Assembly (NCBI GenBank): GCA_017654855.1
Contig: CM030338.1
Span: 4,030,001 to 4,094,000, forward strand
Direction of reading: 5' to 3'
DNA from: Podospora anserina
Taxonomy: Eukaryota
DNA: 64,000 nt
Shown one piece after another: positions 1 to 12,300 of this stretch. The translations under genes and the position numbers were made by a program. The first letter of the stretch is position 1; each line of letters opens with the position of its first letter. The notes beneath the pieces were generated by a model that worked only from the letters and a program-made list of their open reading frames with translations, made no database searches and had not been told where the DNA came from.

Positions 1-1300
1 CTCGCGATTCTGCTAACACTGATGGCAGAGGGCCTAAGGCTGCCAGGACGGGTTGAAGCGCAGCTGTGGCATGGACAGCATCTCGGGATATAGCACTGCA
101 GCTGGGGTTGGCTTGCTGGATATGGACCTCGGAATTTGGGTCACCAACTTAGCGCTGCACTCAAGGTGTGCAATATTAGCATTATAAAGCACATATTGAT
201 AGTATTCTTCATCATTTCCCATCATGGCCTGCAATTATGTTACTGTGCTATCATCTTTTAAGGCTATATACTTCGTTGTTTTTGATACCCTTTGAAGCTC
301 ATGAGCCATGACCTTCGTAACTTTCGATTGGGTGTCTATTCATGTTTGCTATGTTGCGATTAAGTTCACAGCGTTGAGCTCTTTTCTTTCTTTCTTTCTA
401 GGTTTGTGTGCTCTCTTAGAATATCTGCCGTGTAACTCAGGTACCTGAGATAACTTCGAGGTTCTTTAAGGTTTTAAACGAACTTTAAACTAAGGTAAGG
501 AATATAGATTCATATTCCAATGCAATAGATAGTGCTACTGAGGGATTCTCATGATGTGGGATGCCTTTTGGATTGTGGAATATTTGTATACGGTATTTTG
601 GTCTTCTTGATTGAAGACGAGCCATGATTTTCAAGATACGCAGGTTTGGCTTTTTTAAAATCAAAACATTATCTGGGTTTTGGATAATTCAAAGGTCAGA
701 TAATTCCGCCATTTAAAGTTGGTCCTTTTACGAGCAGATGCTGATAAATGAAGTGGAACTTATATATGAATTAGCTACAATACATACAGCGATCGATATA
801 TATATTGTATTACTGTACTTTACTTTCACTCTAGGCTAAGATCTTTCAAGGAGTAGCTTCAAAGCTTCCACTAAATAGAAAAACAAATTCAACATTATCA
901 TAAACCTCAATGTGTTACATATGTAGGAGGATGGCATAATATATCATTTGGTTTCAGATGCCGACAGTGACTTGGAAGTGGAAGAAGGCGGTACCATATA
1001 TCAATGGGCAACTTGAGATGGAATGAGCGGCCGAGGCACATTATAATTAGAGGTACAGGAAGCCAATGCTTTTGAACGGCTTCTAACCAAGGCCTTCTTT
1101 GGGCTGCAGTTCTCCTTTTTTTCTTTTTCTTTTTTTTAAGCTGAGGTCGAGACAATAGGTACAACGGCAGTTGCGACTTCATCGTTCTGGATAGGTACCA
1201 TACTTGTCTATAACTTCTTTCCTGGTTTCATCTATCAAATATGTTCTTTGCCTGGCAGCTAGCTTGCAATTACACTGAAGCACGTCAACAATTTGACCGA
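1..1300. other. AT-rich, TpA-rich degenerate region, possibly a RIP-mutated repeat or gene relic
   Basis: Visibly more AT-rich than the rest of the window. It has no credible long ORF and carries a T-rich run near 1116-1137. The element family cannot be identified by eye. Confidence 0.4.
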
Positions 1301-1388
1301 CAGCTCCTTCGCCTTTGCTCGCGGTTTTTTCTCTCACCACGAATCATTCTAGAAGATCATGTCTCTCTTCCATCAGAACACCCTGAAA

Positions 1389-2692
1389 ATGGACTCATCG
1401 GGGTGGAAAAATGCTAAAATGATCCGCCTACGATTATTTTACGCCACGCCTGAAATCCTGTCGACAGCCGACACAGCTGAAATCAAGAAAGCTTATAAAA
1501 GTCTCTGTCTTCATTATCATCCGGACAAAATCTGAGTACCCAAGCCAGAGCGACCCGAGAGTTCCAAAAGGTACGTCAATGCTGGGGAGCCAGCTGCTTG
1601 TGGAAAGAGAAAACATTGGATAACATGCTAATTCTGATACAGCTTCAAGAGGTCTATAACGTCCTGATTGATCCAGAGGAGCGCTCGTCATACGATGATA
1701 AAGTCCTCCAGACCTACATGCGGTGGCTTGAGTGCAGAATGGAACGCATCACGTCTTGCCTGGCCTGTGAAACCGACCTCGACACAGCGCAGAAGACAGA
1801 GCTTTCGGCTCTTGAAGATCTTCCAACCCACCTTCAACTCGAGTTAGGCAGTGTTACCAAGTTGATCACAAACAGCAAGAGTCCTTCTTCAGGTCGCACC
1901 CCAAGCGACATTCGGATATGCAGAGACGGCGGGCTCAACAAAGCTAAGGAACGGTTCCAAATTGCTGCCGCGGAAGCCGCTTCGTTGGAAGAGAGCAGGC
2001 TAGCTGTCTTCACAAGTCTAAACTACAGCACGACTCACTGTAACAATTTGAGATACGAACTCACAGGCGACTCTGAGGCTTGGGGGAATGGGTGGGATAA
2101 GCATGCAGGCCAGGATCGAATGACCCTTAAAAAGGAGCTTGAGCAGATGAAGACCGAAATCGGGGTCATGTCATTGAAAAGGAAGGAGAGAGATCTCGAG
2201 GCTGCATTGTCAGAGCTAACGAGTGTTAGGGAGGAACTGCTACGTTGCCAGGTAGTCAATGCTGTATATGCTGTGAGGGAAACAGTGATGAAGCAACGGA
2301 TTATGGAGCTGGAAAGGCAAAACTTGAAGCTGGCCAACACAGCTACCCTCCTGAATACTGCGAGGGCTCAGCTGATCAGCAAGGACATGACACTCAAGAC
2401 ACTTGGCGCCGAGAACACGAAGCTCAAGAAGGTGGTGTCGGATTACAACAACAGTATGGGCATACTTGAGACTAGCTTTCAGAAGGTCAAGGAGACTACC
2501 AACAACTTGGCGATTGGAGCGCTGCTTTAGTCGAAGGATGAGCAGGGAAGACGAGATGCTGGTCCAGCAATCGACCAGCCCAGCGTTGATAAACGGACTC
2601 GGACCGCTGCGAGCATTTGTGAGCCGCCGAAAAAGAGGGGAAGAAAGCGCGTCAACAAGGACTTGGATGAGTTGCTCTCGGAGGATTGGTAG
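1389..2692 (+). pseudogene. J-domain (DnaJ type C) + coiled-coil paralogue 1, disrupted as written
   Basis: ATG 1389 reads ...FYATPEILSTADTAEIKKAYKSLCLHYHPDK, then TGA at 1533. One extra A in the run at 1527-1530 restores HPDKNLSTQARATREFQK. Intron 1571-1642 (GTACGT...GCTAAT...CAG) joins LQEVYNVLIDPEERSSYD and a coiled coil. An in-frame TAG at 2528 is followed by an open tail to TAG 2690-2692. Confidence 0.75.
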
Positions 2693-3301
2693 GTAGTAAG
2701 GTTGCTCTTAGAGCTTCTATCCTGTGGGCCGGGCCACAGTTGGTTGGGTTTAGATAGGTTTTCTGTTCTCGGGAGTAGTTCTTCCTAGAGTTTCACAATA
2801 TGAACACTTTTTTCAATTCTGCTTGGGCGCTCGCTCCCCCAGGTCTACTGCTAGTAACACCAAGAAACCTGACACAAGCAACAAGGTCTGAGTCTGATGA
2901 GGACTGAACCCAAAGATGCATTGTGGATACGTAGATAAGGTCGCTAGGTACCCAGGTAGGCAGATAGGCACTTTATACTTGCTTTGTTGATATCCAGCGT
3001 CTTGTACCTACCTTACTTATTTCTCTAAGAGAACCGTTATCAGACTGGGTAATAACCTCTTCCCAAAGATGGGATGAAATCTCGAGCATATCTTTGTGGC
3101 CCTAGGCACCAGTAAAAGAAAGAAATCACAGCTTGTTGTTTTCTTCTCCGAGACCTCTGAAAATCCCACACAGCTTCAAACTCTTTTCGGAGTTGCCGCT
3201 AAGCCCTTCACACTTCCATTGAGCTGCCTCAATGACCGGAGGCACTCACGGAACAGGAGCACTAGTACAACAAATCAAACTGTCATCGTAGAATCCTCAA
3301 C

Positions 3302-4078
3302 ATGCCGTGGCCTGCGGTGCCTGTAGCCGAGCTGCATTACTACACGACTCTCGAAATCACACCATCCGCGACCAAGGCCGAGATCAAAAAATCATACAGA
3401 CAGCTGGCGTTGATTTGGCACCCGGATAAGCAGCAGTCGCTCTTCGAGCACCAGCCTGGCGAAAAGTTCAAGAAGGTATCACATTGCGTTCTTCATGGAT
3501 GGTCTTTGTACTTGCACTAACCAACAATCTCCAGATTCACAATGCATACGAGATTCTATCCGACGACAGGGCGTGGAATCATTGTGATAAGACCATCCAG
3601 CCGACTCTGCCACATCGAGAGGATAATGACAAAAGGGCGCGACAAGCTTTCGGCCCTAAGCAAGAAGCAGAAAAGCGAATGGCGCAAGTTGAAGGCGACA
3701 ATCACTAGCTTGAAGGAAGAGCACTCCAAGCTTGAGCTGGAGTGCGAGCTGAAGGAGCCCTTGATTAGCAGAGCAGGCCAGAAGCCATCAGAAGGATTAG
3801 ATCAAGGCGGGAATCAATTTCAACATACAACAGCCCAAAAGCCATCCCCGGTTCACTGCAATCAAGCCAAGAATGGAGATTACTGTGCCCACCCGGATCC
3901 GTCAACTCACCTGGGGAAAGCAGTGTCAAGACCATTCTATTGGAACCCGACACAAGAGCTGGCCTACAGCCGCCCAACTGAACCAGCATCTAACGACAAA
4001 GAAACAAGTGACGACGACGACGACGTGGAGATAGTGATGGTGAGATGCGTGCACTGCAAGGTACCACATGTCATCTAG
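3302..4078 (+). pseudogene. J-domain + coiled-coil paralogue 2, frameshifted after the J domain
   Basis: MPWPAVPVAELHYYTTLEITPSATKAEIKKSYRQLALIWHPDK...EKFKK, then intron 3476-3534, then IHNAYEILSD. Similarity to paralogue 3 continues in another frame (SRLCHIERIMTKGRDKL) from about 3598. As written the spliced ORF stops at 3708. Confidence 0.75.
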
Positions 4079-4602
4079 GCCTAGCACTCATCATCTTCTT
4101 CCCGCGGCAACAGTGTCCTTCAACACGGCATGAATCTACCGCCGGATGGAGGATGTCAAGGGCAGGGCCAAAGACCCCATCCCTATTATATAGTTGATTC
4201 TATTTATTCTATTTCCCTGGGAATTCCCTACTTCATGTAACCAGTCTTTGCGATCCAACATGATGTCACTGGCCTCCTTGAAACCCAAGTGGGAGCAAGT
4301 GAGGAAGCAACCTCGTCGGCAGGGCAAATTTCATGGCCTCAAAGCTGGGATAAAATTCAGACTTGCTCCCCACAACTGGGCGGTATGTCCTTGGAAATTC
4401 ACCTGTTTACTTCAAAATTCGCTGCCTGAAATTCACCATTGCCTTCACTGCGCAACTCATCTGTCGCTGCTTTCTCCGCAACCACCCAAAACGCTACCTA
4501 GATCTCAAGCTCCGCCAGTGTGTTTTGTGCGACAACAATACCACCAGGATAATTGTTCCCTCATTGCGATCATCCACAGTTCACAGTGCCATATCCAGCA
4601 AC

Positions 4603-5874
4603 ATGTCCCGAGCCGCAGTTCCCGTTGTCGACTTGCGTTACTACTCCACCCTAGAGATCAAACTCTCTGCTACCAGAGAGGAGATCAAGAAGTCGTACAG
4701 GCGGCTTGCGCTCCCTTGGCACCCGGACAAGCGCCCAGCCGCTGACCTTGATGCGACTGAAAAGTACCTACCTCATTGCCTTTTTCTCAGTCGACATTAT
4801 ATTTGCCAAGTACTAACTCACATCTTTCTCAGATCAACAACGCCCATGAGGTCCTTTCTAATTATACCTCGCGAGCCCAATATGATCAATCGGTCCACAG
4901 TCGCCTACAGCAAATCGAGAGCACCAGGCTGAATGGCACCGCCAAGTTGTTCTCATACCAGCGAAGACAGCGAGATCCGACAACGGCCTCTGCGGCGTAC
5001 TAGAAATCAATTGAGATCACACGGAAGGAACTAGAAGCGTTGGAAAGTGAGCGGTCTCAGCTGGTGCTGGAATTCAATCGACTGGTCACCGAACCAGGTC
5101 TTAGGTAACTCGACCAGCTCTTCATCATCAACTGCGGGACCCTCGACTACACCCTTCAAGCGGGACAAGGAAATTTTACGGCAAGAGGAAGAGGCGTGAA
5201 ACAGGCTGCGCGAGACATTCAAAAGGTATTATGAGTCCCGGGGAACTGGCTACGAGGATTGGGAGAGACGCTATGAGGCTTGGGTGGAGAGGTACGACGC
5301 CGAACAAAGAGAAATAAGAGAATGGGCTCGACGAGTTGGGGAGGAGTGGAGACGACAGGGAGGAAGGGAGCCGAAGGAGGAATACTACAGGAGGAGGGCA
5401 AGAGAAGAAAAGCAGAGGAGGGTGGATGAAGATATACGGAGGAGAGCAGAAGAAGAGATGCGGAGGAGGGCAGAAGAGGAGATGCGGGTGAGAATGGAAG
5501 AGGATTGGATAAGGAAAAGAGAGGCGTGGATACAGACAAGAGAGAGGTACTGGGCGGAAGTTGAAATGCGGAGGGCAGAAGAAGAGTGAAGAAGGGCGTG
5601 GGTGGAGGCACAGGTAGACGAGAGGCTTAGACAGGCCGGCATCAACCGCGCCCACCATGTTCATGCTGCCCAATCCCAACCCACGACAAATACAGCATTT
5701 TCATCAAAGCCCCCGGAAGATTGTAAGCCAAAGCGACCGGAGGAGCCAATGTTCGGGGGCATTGCTGAGGAAGCCCATGGCAAGTTTGTCCCTAACAACA
5801 GGAAAAGAGGTCGAGGCGACCAGGCTGATAGTGACGGGGCGAATGAAGAGGGGAGGAAAAGGGTCCGGACATGA
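4603..5874 (+). pseudogene. J-domain + E/R-rich helical paralogue 3, multiply disrupted
   Basis: [43 protein letters not shown]. Intron 4764-4832 (TACTAAC branch) splices out of frame with [18 protein letters not shown]. Further lesions: TAG 5001, a frame change near 5085-5110, TGA 5197 and TGA 5587. Ends ...RKRVRT at 5874. Confidence 0.8.
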
Positions 5875-6943
5875 GAGTGAACGAGTGTAGTCCGGAGATA
5901 TAGTAACTATAAGGGAAAGATATTGAAGGAGAGGGTCACTGGGAAGAAGAGGCACACTGGTCATGTTATAGAACGGTGGACCAAGAAACTAGGGAGACAA
6001 TGCTACTTTGTCTTGAACAAGGTAAATGCATTCTGGAGAGGACCGGAAATATTTGGGTTGAGTTTTGATTTTTGTTCAAGTAGAATTGTAGAAACCACCT
6101 CATGTCTAGAAGTGTAAAAATGGACTTTTAATCAAGCCTGCACTCACAGCTTTAGGCTTCCGATCCTAGGTAATGTCGGTGTTTCTATTGCAAAATTCGA
6201 ATACGTTAAAATGTGCAGAATGTGGGATAGACTCTGCCATGAAGTAGTAGTTTGATCGAAAATACTGAGAGGTTGCAAAGATCAGGTTTGTCTGGAATGT
6301 TGTTTGGCAACATGAACAAGACATTGATGGAATTCCGGGCCAATGGGGAGGCAGAATACCTGAAGAGGCTATTTTGGCAAAACAATTCCGTGTTGCATAA
6401 GTGGGGCGCTCGGACCCATCGCCGTGCAGTAACGTCAGCTGGAAGATGGAGCGAGATGGGAGGCTGGGCGACGGCAGCCCTCCTATTTTTCCCTGGCAAC
6501 GCAATCCCGTCCCTTCTGCTCACCGGCCTCAACATCGCGCGCATCCAACGGCGGAGCAACCATAGCATAGGGCTAGCACCACCATGTCCAGACATTGACG
6601 ACCCATTACCAGCCTCGCACCACATTCGTTGAACCCATCCCACCTTCGTTCAATTTTTCAGTCGTTTGTATTCGATTCAGCCTTTTCGCCATCCGCCATC
6701 GCCATCCATAACCATCTCCACCCAGTCTTCAACATCCTTCGTCGCAACAGAGTTACCTTAGCCATCACATTCCGACCGTCGCCCATCGCAACCACTCCCA
6801 ACCCCTCCATCCCCACCCTCCGCCTTGAAATCCTCGAATATCCACAGATTGAACACGCTTCTCTCCTTCTCCTGAATCGTCCCCTCCAACCTTATCGAAT
6901 CTCCCTCCGTTGAGGCCCTCACCGGCCCCCTCCATCACCCGGG

Positions 6944-8057
6944 ATGACTTTCGGGGACTTCACCAGCATCTGCCGCATGGCACCGCTGCCACTATGCTCC
7001 TCAGTCGGCCCAATAACCTCCATCGCAAGCGGCGTGGGCATCGAACCTGACTGTTTCTCACGGAATATTGAGCTGGCAAATACCATCATTTTCCAAGGCG
7101 CCGCCAGCGCCATGCACATTGTTGCCTTGATCATGACTGTAACCATGATCCTGCACGTTCGGGGAAAATTCACGGCAGTTGGTATGTGAATTTCTCATGG
7201 TTTGGGTCCGAATTCTGGAGTTCAAAGACTGGGCAACTGACAGGTTTTGCAAACCAACAGGTCGGAAAGAAATTACGAGCTTCTTCTACCTCTACATGCT
7301 CCTCACCTTCCTCTCCCTCTGCATTGACGCGGGTGTGATACCCCCAGGATCGGCACCGTACCCCTACTTCGTCGCTGTTCAGGCCGGTCTCACGTCGGCT
7401 TTGGTGACATGTCTCTTGATCAATGGCTTCGTCGGATTTCAATTATACGAGGATGGGACACCGCTCTCGCTCTGGATGATGCGCCTCTGCTCTGCCGCTG
7501 CCTTTGTCATCTCGTTCCTGGTGGCGCTCGCAACTTTCATGACGTGGGCTGGTCTTGGTCCCACCAACACTATCGGCTTGTTTGTGGTGCTCTACCTTCT
7601 CAACGCCATCCAACTCTTCGTCTACGTGGTTCTGCAAATCATTCTCGTCACTCGGACGCTTCAGGACCGGTGGCCCCTGGGCGATATCGCGTTTGGCGTC
7701 TTCTTCTTCGTCATTGGCCAGGTCATTCTCTATGCCTTCAGCAGGCCGATTTGCAATTCTGTCAGTCACTATATGGATGGACTGTTCTTTGCGACAACGT
7801 GCAATCTTTTGGCCGTCATGATGGTGTACAAGTATTGGGATTCCATCACTAAGGAAGACCTGGAGTTCTCGGTGGGCACGAGAATGAACAACTGGGAGGT
7901 CAAGGAGTTGATGGGACCCTCGCCCGAAGACGACCTGCAGCAACGTCGGGCCACACAAATTTACCACGACGATCCATATGGCCAGTCGAGTGCCTATGAT
8001 TCTCATCCGAACCAGCACTATTCGTCTAGTCCGAACAGGCTCTCCCGGTACCAATAG
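6944..8057 (+). CDS. CHS7: Chitin synthase export chaperone
   Basis: MTFGDFTSICRMAPLPLC...RNIELANTIIFQ...KFTAVG|RKEITSFF, multiple TM helices and YKYWDSITKEDLEFSVG. Intron 7182-7260. Confidence 0.95.
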
Positions 8058-8654
8058 AGGTAGATGCCTTGGGCGCAGGGAGATGGGGGTGTTTCTTGTC
8101 CTACAAAGGTCTCTAGCGAATGTTGAAGCATGGGGGAATAATCCCCATAGCACTGAAGATCAACAGTCTGGGTTTAGGGACGTTGGTTGGTTGGTTGGTC
8201 TTTGTGTTTGCTCCTTGTCAAAAATGAAGCCTCGAATGCAATGTCCCCTTTTCTTTTGTTTTGTATTTGCTGCAAAGAGTTGCCTTGGCATCAGCGTGTT
8301 GGCTTTTTTTGTGAAGGTTCTTTTCCAGTCTTGGGGCGTTACTATACAGCGGGACATGATATTTCTTGAGCATGGATGAGGGGAAGGCGACTTACACTAA
8401 TAGCTACGTGGTTGTGTTGGCAGAGCATCATTTGTTCCTACATAGCTTGTTCTCTGTATATGCATCAAACTTACCTACCTGCCTACCTTAATTATCACGA
8501 GTTTGACCACGACTTATGTATGAAATTGGACCATGTCATGTCAGACGAGAAGGAGTTGGAAGGTCGGCTTGATCGGGGGCACGTGCGCCCGCCTTGATCC
8601 CTCCATGGATGCCCCCGATACCCCGGCAGTCGCGCTTAACAACAGTTGTCAGGT

Positions 8655-8685
8655 CAGACTCTCCAGTGACAGACTCTCCAGTGAC
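8655..8685. repeat. 15-bp perfect tandem duplication (CAGACTCTCCAGTGA x2)
   Basis: Read directly from the sequence, upstream of the gene at 9365. Confidence 0.9.
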
Positions 8686-9364
8686 TGCCAATCCCTAATA
8701 ATCATCTAGGTCATCTCTCTCCTCACGAGACAGATTGCCACGGCAGTCAAGGCAAACAGCCCAGACGCGCCAAAACGCCCCCTAGGTCCAGGTCCCGATC
8801 AAGGTCCCGACCACATTGAGCGGACATTATTAGGTTTTCGAGCCACAACCTAGGCACCTAGGTCGGTAGCAGCTTCTGCTTTTAATTGGGGGCGCCGCAA
8901 CCAAGCAAGAAGCAAGCAACCTAATCGGACTTGGCTTTTTCGCAAAGCTTCAATCTCATCTCAGTCACTCAACACTCATATTCGCTATCAACTTTGAACT
9001 TACCTAGTTCCATTCCGCCACCTGTCACCACCGTCAATTTCCCATCGTCGCCGTCATCGCCATCGACTGTCGGCACCATCGTCATACTACTCGCAGCCAC
9101 AGCACCTGGTATCGTGTTTCTGCGCGCTGAGAGCTGGATCCCTATATTCTGCAAGTGAGTTTACCCGCGCTCGGGATGAACCCAACTTCGTCTCAAATGC
9201 GAAATGCAGCCTGCTAACAACGCCCTAGCTCCAAGGCTTGTCTATGTCCATGATGCCAGCGACTGACCAACAAGTTTGATGGGACTCCGTTGAAAAGCTT
9301 CACTCGGTCGCTATATTTCTGAACGACCCGTGCACCTCAAGCCCACCTCAGCAAAACAGCAACC

Positions 9365-12300
9365 ATGTCCGCCGCTGCCCACCCTAACGGCCATGGCAAC
9401 GCGCATCTTCCTCTGGCCAGCCAGGCCACTGCACTCGCTCCTGCTTACCAAAGCATGTCTGAGGAGATTTATCAAGAGGTCTGCAGGAGCATGATGGCCT
9501 CATTGGACCGTGTCCGCCAAGAGGACATGCGCAACTTCCGAGATCTCCATGCCGCCCACAAAGCCGCCCTTGAACAGGAACAGATGGACTACACCCAACA
9601 GTTCTTCCAGCTTCAGAAAGAAATGACGGCCCTCACCAAAGAAGGAGCGGCCGCCGATGCCGACATCTCGAAGCTAGAGGAACTTCTTTTGCAAGCCCGG
9701 AATAAGAGGCAAGAGGTGGCGAGCAAGATCTCATTCACCCAAAAAAAGGTTACCGATGTCCAGTCCTTACAACACCGCAAACACGCTGAGCTTCAGGCAC
9801 TCGCCAAGAAGCACGAGCAGGATCTGAAGGATAAGGAGATGAGGTGGCAGCAGATTCACCAAGACCGGCTGACTCTACTAGAAAGCAAAAAACCTTCCTC
9901 CCTTCGACAAGCCCAAGATCAAAATTTGACAGGGCTAGACCAGGCCATGGCTGATGATGCCACGATTGCCTCATCGCCCATGCAAAGTTTGAGGGCACCA
10001 CAACTCGCCCCTAGGGTTTCACATCAATCCACGGGATCAGAGGGCATGTTCATGGGCGGGCCTGTTCAGCCTCCATCTCTCAAAGCGCCCACAGATAATG
10101 GTCCTCTTGAGTCACCGGGTCTCTCAGTCTCTAAAAGGATAGGCGCTCCAGTGTTAGAGGCGCCAACACTTCCAAGGAACCACGACGCCGAGGAGCAGCG
10201 TCTCGAAGGCGCTTCCCGTCCTGCGGCAAGTCAAAAAACCCCGATCCTTCAGGCACCAACAGGCTACCAGGCGCCATTTGCTCAACCTCAACATTTTCCA
10301 CCGCCAAACCCGAACGCTTCTTCGGGTGCGCTCGTCTCCGTCTCCCCAACTGTTGTTCCGAGCGTTGAGACCCCCGATCAACAGACAGATCCAGCTGTGT
10401 CCGAGATGCAGAATGTAACTAGTACAGAATCACTTAATGTACAAGTACCGGAAGAGCAAGCCACACCAGTCACCGTTGCTGCCCTCAACGGAGCAACCGA
10501 CATTCCGACCCCTTTGCAAACCTCCGAAGAGGGTCCCGAGGCAGACGTCTCATCCAAGGAGGGGACAGAGGGCAAAGCTGTCGATCTGGGAGCCCCCGCC
10601 CGGGCGGAGGTTTTCTCCACACATACTGAAGGCTGGGACGTCGAAATGAGAGATGCTGCCCCCCCTCAGGCTGCCACCGAGACGACTGTAGTTCTGGGCC
10701 AAGAGAATGCCGGACCTACCGTCTTCAAGTCTCCTGATCAAGTGGAGACTCGAGAGGCAGCATCTCAAAGAGCAGACGTGGAAATGTCAGGCATTCAGAT
10801 CACAGCGAAGCAGTCCGAGGTGTCACCGCCTACACAGATAATGGATGCTACGACCTCCAAACTTGGTGCTGACTCGGCGAATGTCGATAATGGGTCTCCG
10901 GCTCTAGCAGATACTGCTGATTCGCCCCTTTCTGATCTTAGTTCGATCCCATCACCGCCATCCGACACATTTACACACGAAGGTAGCCCACCTAGACAGC
11001 CTCCTAGTGTGTCGGACGGCAAGCTGTGCGTTTTTGATGAGGACGGCAGACTGGTGGGACAAGTACGTCGTCTGACCCACACCACCTCTCCCAACATTGA
11101 AAAGATAGCGGCATTTCCGCTCAAGCGCCATGTTCAAATTCGTTCTGGCCGCAAGTTTACCTCGGAGGATTTGGATAGGGTATACCACGTCAGTGATGTT
11201 AAAGGGACAAAATGGACAAGTTGTTATATCCAAGCCACTGGGAATATTCAAGGTCAACCCTGCAATACCTGCGCGAAGCACAATGGGCCGTATGAAGAGT
11301 GCATCATTTTGGATGCTGACGATAGCTTTCCAAAATGTGGCAACTGCGAGTGGAATCGGCAAGCCTGCGTGGGTGCCTCTTTGCGGCCCAAAACAGCGTC
11401 GGCCCCAGGCCCTGCTCCGGACCCGGCTGCGGCTGCGGCTTCGGCTCCGGCTGCGGCTCCGGCGGTGGCTCCGGCTTCAGCTCTAGAACCAACACCGGCA
11501 ACAATATCAACTGCCATCAGCAAACCCTCCTTCGGTTCCAGTTTCACCGCTATAAACAGCCCATCAGGGGACCAGCAAGACAGCGCTTCTGCCAAGGATA
11601 CAGCCGATGCCGCCCAAAATCAAGCCGCGCCTCCCGTCAAGAAGGCCGGCCGAAAATCATTGCCCACCTCACGTGTACAGTTGCCCTCTCATCCAGGTAC
11701 CCCACATGCAGGCTCGCCTGAACCGGCTGAACCAAGTCGTGCGTCCCTTCCGGAGATCACCAAGGAAAACCTTTGTCTGAAAGATGACGGCGTGGTGTAC
11801 ACGGAGCCTCCGTTTATGGCTGGTGTGCCACTGGCCAAAATATCTCCCGATCATCCGTATTGGGAGCAAGACTGGGATTCCGATATTGCCTCTCACGTTC
11901 GAAAGGAGCTTGAAAAGTGGACCACCAAATTTCAGGAGATGGACAGTCAGGGAATCAAGGACCACCGGAAATATGAAGCTCAGCGACAGATCAATAGGGG
12001 CCAACTGACACTCAAGTTTCTAGAGGAGGGCGAACTACATCCATACCAGCTTGTTGGAAAGGCGTGGATGGACACCAAAAAGATTATCAAGTACAACACT
12101 CTATACCGCCTGGCGAGCACTTTGATGGAGGACCTCCCCAAAATGGACCTTGGCATGACACCGGCTGAATGGATGCGTCACAGGCTTTACGAGATTTATC
12201 AGGAGCAGGGCCCCCATTTCAACTTGGCTTCGACAGTAGCTAGTTTCTACCACGACCCCAAGCACGCCCAGGTCCGGGCCAAGAATGGAATTGTCAGTGT

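Noticed and set aside
7443-8153. 236-aa antisense ORF over CHS7
   Set aside because: Shadow of a GC3-rich gene with no recognisable motif.
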